A DNA stretch of 64,000 nucleotides. It comes from the human T2T-CHM13v2.0 reference genome, Homo sapiens. Each line of letters starts with the position of its first letter. Within the stretch, counting starts at the first letter, position 1. The position numbers were made by a program, and so were the translations under genes. The DNA is taken from the NCBI RefSeq assembly GCF_009914755.1, contig NC_060937.1; one strand, written 5' to 3'. Of this stretch, positions 55,039-64,000 are shown in pieces. The notes under the pieces are model-generated. The model ran no database searches, was not told the origin of the DNA, and saw only the letters and a program-made list of their open reading frames with translations.

Positions 55039-58000
55039 CATTCACTGTAAATCCAAGTCTCTGATTCCGTGATTTATCATCTCTGAATGACAACATAAAG
55101 CTCCCCACATCTGCCAATGGGAACTCTTTTTATTGACCTGGCAAACCCCCAGGTCTCCAGTTTGAGAAACATTGCTCCAGGGTACATTGACTACAGTGTA
55201 GCTATTAACACTTGATTATGGGTTTTAGGAATTGTATTTGGAGGCTTCAATACATTATTGATCACACTGCTTTATTTGTTCATATTTTGAAATATGAATT
55301 TGCTTGGGATTCTAGACAGGGACATTTTAAATGCTTGCATCTTTGGCACTCCATCCCTGTTCTCATATAGATTTTCTGTTTAGTATTTTTATGAGTTGAC
55401 TTACTATACAATTAGTGAAGCCAGTCCCTTTGCTCAAAGATAATATGGGCTTATAGGAATCTTTTATCATGTAATGCAAACACTCAACATTTTATGTACT
55501 TACCATTTGTTTAATTTTAGTTCCACGAGACTTTATGGTCTCTATGTAGAAAATTCTTAATTTCTGTCTATTAATGAATATAAAAAAATGAAAAACAATT
55601 CTAATTTACTAGTAATAAAAATTAATTCCTTTAAAAATTCATAACATTGGGTCCAACTTCTTGTTTCTGTCAGTCTTTTTTATTTGTACTAATGATGATA
55701 TAGGGAAGAAGCACAGATATATATATTCTCTAATAGTATAAATCTAACAGTAAAAAGTAAACAGTACAATTAGGACCAGCTTAATTTTATGAAATAATGA
55801 ATAGATACCTCAGCCTTGATTACATGCAAATGGCATTTTGGTAGTGTAGTGTTTTTAAAACATCCAATTTTTCATCTATTGGTTTGTTTGCATCTTAAAA
55901 TTGTTTATATAAATCTATTCACAGCCAACTCCTTAAACATAATCATATATTTTTTTCTTATTGCTGAGCACATATCTGCTGAGAACAAAATTACACCTGA
56001 GTGATTTTCTTGAAATTGGTTTAGAGATACAATTCTTCTATCAATTTTCACAGAAATCCTAGAGGGGTGTGCTCCATAATACCTCTCTTGTTTGGGGATT
56101 GAATATTCCTTTTTACTATAATCCAGCCTACTGACTGAATAAAATATCCTTTTGCAGGATGTTCACCAACAAACCTCTTATTTGTAAAATAATTCTAAGA
56201 ATTTAATTTATATTAATCTGTGCAGAGATGACCTGCAAGATATGGTTAAATGACATGTACTAATCTAGAATATTGCTTATTTTCCATTTTTGCCTTATAC
56301 GCAGTTTTGGAGAGATAGTTTTTTAATTAAATAAGCAAAACTCTTATTTATCATCAATTGCCACATTTTTCTCTTTCTGGATTATTTAGGCTTCTTATAT
56401 CCATTTTGAAATATTTTATAATATACTTCATAAAAAGAATGCATTTTACTATAGATAAACCTTGCCAGAAATACAGCTTTCGCAACCCAAAAGTAATTGA
56501 AAGATGACACTCAATCACATATCTGCTTCCCTATTTATTTCATGTCCTATTTTGTTTCCTTGTATGCTTTCCAATTTCTTACTAACAGGAGAACTGAAGT
56601 AAAGTAAAAAGTATATTTTTAAAAATGTTTCGTTTAAATAATCTATGGATAGCTAAAGCAGATGATTTTGTTCTTTCATTGTTCATTGCGTTACTCATTT
56701 TAAAATTGGCTGTTAAGAGCTTGCTTAGTCCATGGCACAGGATTGACATATATGAAAATGCAATATCAAGTATTAACATTATTTCTAAGGATATTCAAAT
56801 TTTGGAAAATCTAACAATGTAACACTTGTTACAGTTGTCTATAGTGAAAATTAAAGTGGGAAAGGGAAAGGAAATGATTTGACCTTCTTTCAATGTAGTG
56901 AAATATAAAAATACTCTTGGTATTCATTGGTGTCCTTACACCAACCTATTCTCTGGCATAACCAGCCACCACTGATCGCTTAGAATAGTCTAACTTAAGA
57001 AATGTTATTTTGCGTCCAACTTGCTAACAGCAAAATTATTTTGGGGCCATTTTAACTGATTTTTATTTCTTCTCTTTGCATAAAGGATGTTTAGTAAGCA
57101 TGTCTCGCTTGTGAATGATGTCTGTTAAAATCAAATTTAAGGGTAAATTTAATTAGGTCCACAGATGGTGAAACATAATTGATGATAATATGTCAATATA
57201 AACTGGAAGTAACTTTTTTCTACAACTGTGTCAACACTAGAAACCAAATAACAGCATTATCAAACACTATATTTAAGTGCTGTAAAGAGTGAGGTAGTTA
57301 ATTTCTAATTTTACTTGAGATGTCCTAGACTTGAGAAACTCTTTGGTTTATATAAGCAGTTTTTTTCTTCAATAGTGTTGGTATTTTGTTTTATATCTTC
57401 TACAGGAATAAAAGAAGAAAGGTGATTTTTCATAGTTTTTACAAGCTATTATTCATGTAAAAACGATATGGGGTGCTAGCTACCACCACCTGGGCAAGGG
57501 AGAAGAAAAAGAGTACGTAACCTTTCATTTGGATGATGAAATAACTTTGATTTTGTGATTCTGTGTGCCAGTGGTCACCCCTCATTTGTATATGACAAGA
57601 TGTATGTAAGTATGAAACAAGTACTATTGGATGAAAAATGACCAGGCAAAATGTTTAAGGAATGAAATATCAAAATAGTTTTTAAAGTTTTGGATGCAGT
57701 GGACTTATACATTTCCTATAAATGAGGACATGGAGCTTTATACTTAGAAATGCAGTTAATCAGATTAGGAAACCATAGCAAGGTACAAAGTACAAAAATA
57801 AGGAGAACATCAAGCCTTTCCAAGAAAAATACAACATATCTGCAGTAGAATAAATTAGTAATTTATTGTCACATTTACTTTTAAGCACATTAAGCTATCT
57901 TGATTAGCTACTAAAACATCTTAAATAACCTTTCTAATATAAAATAATTTCTACTTTACTGCTCAAGATTTGTTATTCTATGGTCAATTACAATGAACAA

Positions 58001-59863
58001 AATAATGTTAACAATAACAACAACAAAGTAATTGCTACCATTTTTGCCTCTATTATACACAAGACACACTGCTTGTAGCTTTCTACATACTGTTCTATTT
58101 AAGCATACAAAAATATTAAGTCAAGTTTATGGATACATTTCAAGTAAAAATGTGTGACGCTCAAAGTACTAAATTAGTAACATTTTTCAAGAAACATAAG
58201 GGGAAAGAAACTGATTCAAATTCATGTCTGTCTGATCAACACTAGTGCTTTTTAAAAAAGCTATGTTTCTATTAATTTAGTAGAAAATTAATGGGTTGGT
58301 TGGGTTTGTCTACTAAATATAATTGCCCAAAGCAGTGGCCATAGACTTAGCTTTTTTTTCTTTTAAAATATTCCTTTTTTTTTTCCTATGTGACATAAGG
58401 TACATAATGCATCACATCTCATCTTTATCTAGTGTATACACACACACACATCCACACACCATACACAGAAATATGTACCAACCATGTCCTCATATATTCT
58501 TTTAATAAATATGGAAGACCAAAGCAAAGTTGAACTTTTGGACTACTAGAAGGAAAAAATTGATTAGGCATATAATTCTGACTTTGTCTTCCTTGAAATT
58601 ATATTACACAGGTTACCAATGTCCTAAGGGAGGTTTTTCTTTAATTCAATGCCATGGTTATCCTTGCCAAGGTGGAATGCATCAAAATTTGAGAAATAAA
58701 GATGTTGAACATCTGTGTCTAATTACCATTTCAAAAATAATTCATAATCCATATGAATATCACGGCTAAACTTCAGTTACTCAAATTTTGGTCCCTTTAT
58801 CTTCCCTTTTCCCAAACTTCTAATATAATCATTTTCTTGTATTTATGTAGACCATGCTCCCTCTTTATCGCAATTTCTCTAAAGGAAACATCAAAATGTT
58901 TGCGTATTTTATTCATCCACCTCAATCCATTTACATAGTCTAGTCTGAGTCTTTTGTAATACCACAATCTTCATAAAATTAGCAGAAAAATATTGATATA
59001 TGTGTATTCCACATCAGTTTATATAAATGCACCTGTACAAAATAAATCAAACCAAACAATGTAAATTCACAGTTTGTTGCTGAAATTATTTTTATTTTAC
59101 ATTACTATTTAATGTTATTTTCCCTGAATTTAAAATGGATATGTGTTTATAAATATGTTGTATGTGCTTATATTTGCTTCTATACATATATGTGTGTATC
59201 CTTTGTATTTATTACCTTGCATCAATCTCTATACACCAACCTATAAAGTTTGCCAAGTCACATTTTCAAAAAAGATAAGCAGGTTGATATACCAACACTG
59301 TCATCAGTTTTTTAATAGATTTCTCAAAATGGCTTATAACAATTAAATGTGTTTGAAGAATAGAGGTAACTGCTTCTAAGCAATCTAAAAAAATGTATCT
59401 AAATTATTGTCACTGGGATTTTTTTGCGGGGGTGGTTTCTACAGAGATTTGTGTTAGGTTCACATAGGGCAATGGCAAGTAGGAGTAGAAATTTTTCATA
59501 ATGATGTCCATAGTTTATTCCAAGTTAATAGGCATTATGAGATTAAAAAAATTATTGAGTAAACCAAATTGTAAATGGAAAGTGGGAAAATATCACATAA
59601 GTAAAACCAGTAGTATCTATAAAACATTAAGATAATTTAAATAGTAAAATAAAGGTTTGTTGAGAATGTCGATGCAATTGTTCCTTATCTGTTTTGCTTT
59701 AAATTCACCATTTTTATGCTCACTAACATCATTCTTCCAGTCTAGAATCATATTTGGTACTTTTTAATATACCTTCTCATACATATCTTCTCAGAATCAT
59801 AGCTGATGCTAGTCATAGATCAGCATTACTAAGAAGATAACAATACTATTAAAAGAGAGTCAA

Positions 59864-62385
<2,522 letters not shown>

Positions 62386-62859
62386 AAAGAGAGTCAAACT
62401 TTCGGTAATCTTTGTGGTTTTGAATGGTTTTTGTTTTTGAAGGGGTGGCCTTCGATGTTTATTATTCAACCAGTTAAAAGTAGAGTCCAAAATTTTTTAA
62501 CCATAATTAATTACAGATATTTTAACTAAAATTTATCTCCTCTCTCTTTCCTTATCACCAACATTTAACCTGTGGATAGTAATAATGTCCTTATTTCAAA
62601 AAGTGCCTGAAGTACTATCATTCCTGTAATTTCTAATTCCAAAATTCTAATCTAAATAACATTTCTTGATACTTAGATTATCACCTCTCATCACTAAATC
62701 ATTTGTCATCCTCCACCATAAACATTATCAGCCTGGCTTTCATGGGCTTCATTATTTGCCAACTACATGGGTATCTACTGTTTTCTATCTCACAGACACC
62801 ATTATCTCCTCTCATGCCTCTGTTCCATGCTTATCTTTCCAAATTTGTGTTTTAAAGTC

Positions 62860-63320
62860 TTCATTCAGCTAATATTTTTTGAAACCCTTCTATGTGCCAC
62901 TTATTGTTTAAGGACATATGTTCAAAGACTAACAAGGCCTCGTTATCCCTAACATCAAATGCTAGTACAAGGTACAGATAGGATAGGATAACAAAACAGC
63001 ATGAGGAATACTGTAGAATCACATTGGAGTCACCTTACCCAGCCTGGGAGTATTATTGATAAATTGATGTAGAGAATATGATTTCCAAGCCGACAGCTGA
63101 AGGGTAAGGAGGCAGTAGTGTGAATATGAGAATAGAGAAATCATCTGCATAACAAGAAGGAACCCTCAGTGAGTATTAGAAGTACAGATGACTGAATGTG
63201 TTAATGTTAATTTTATTCATTCATTCATCTATTCATTCATTCATTAGACTAGTATTGAATGCTGACTAATTACTATGTTCTTAGGAATAGAATTTAAGCA
63301 TAAAACTTTCCTCTAAGCAT
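62860..63320 (-). mobile_element. L2 LINE 3' remnants
   Basis: attcattcattc repeats followed by tattgaatgctgactaattactatg; tcattcagctaatatttttt...ctatgtgcca. Confidence 0.5.
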
Positions 63321-63918
63321 GAAAGTGAATTAGAGATTTAGTATAAAGCCCTATCAGAAATACCTGAAGGTACCCAATTTTATAGCTATTTGTAATTTTT
63401 ACATCACATTTCATTTCGATTTTTTGGAAATGTTTTCAGTATGTAACTTTTAATTTTATATCTCATTAACTTCACGCCTTCAACACTGACATACTGGAGA
63501 CTGTTGTATGTTTACCTTCTGCATTTGTATTTGGCCACATTTGTTTTCTAGTCTGTAGTCTACACACATTTATTGGAGTTTGCAATAAGCTTCTTTTCTC
63601 TCATTGTACCAATAGATACTAGTGAGTAAGCAGCCTATTGAAGATGAGTAAGAACATTTGTTTACCTATTTTTTTTTACACTTTCTATTTACTATTTGAC
63701 TTAATAATTTACTACAATAGTTTGCTTAATGTTTTTTAAATCTTATTATTTCTATTCATTTGGGATAAACTGCAGATATCATTAAAGAACGATTTTCACT
63801 TCTACATGCTATTCCCCTACATAAACCTAACACAAATATCTGTAAACTTCCAAAATATTTTCAGCCTCAATAATTTAGACAGGAAATTTTACATCTTACA
63901 GAACTTTTAACTCTATAT

Positions 63919-64000
63919 TGACGTCTGCCTAGTCCCTAGTTCAGCTAGATCCAAGTTCTTGTCCCATGGCCAAGAAGAATAAGGCACACAGACACCAGAA
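63919..64000 (-). mobile_element. Edge of an ERV1 LTR (MER61/LTR27-related), cut by the window end
   Basis: gttcttgtcccatggccaagaagaataaggcacacagacaccagaa resembles 31084-31130 of the outer ERV LTR. Confidence 0.55.

Overview
This is AT-rich, non-coding DNA from a catarrhine primate (human-like: AluY, AluS, THE1 and HERV sequences are present). I find no supportable cellular protein-coding gene, RNA gene or CRISPR array; ORF-track hits are chance frames or transposon remnants. The centre is a multi-layer nest on the minus strand. An old L1MA (~18430-46150) is split at 19222/40405 by a class-I ERV (MER52/LTR27/HUERS-P-like; gag-pro-pol, no env seen). The 5' LTR of that ERV is split by a complete 8.9-kb HERV-I/IP-type provirus (31320-40224; probably HERVP71A/LTR71-like; tRNA-Pro PBS; gag-pro-pol-env all disabled). 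Its integrase in turn carries an opposite-strand HERV-K-type solo LTR (34038-34616). The outer ERV also holds an MLT2A LTR, three Alus, a full THE1A and a THE1C solo LTR, most with readable target-site duplications (TSDs). Structures not explained by repeats are a ~450-bp AT-cored palindrome (4950-5400), a local L1 copy preserving the empty ERV target site (17945-18135), a duplication that postdates a THE1 insertion (28652/29404) and a 300-bp polypurine tract. I did not find a convincing novel functional system. Repeat subfamily names come from my recall of consensus sequences and need Dfam/RepeatMasker confirmation.
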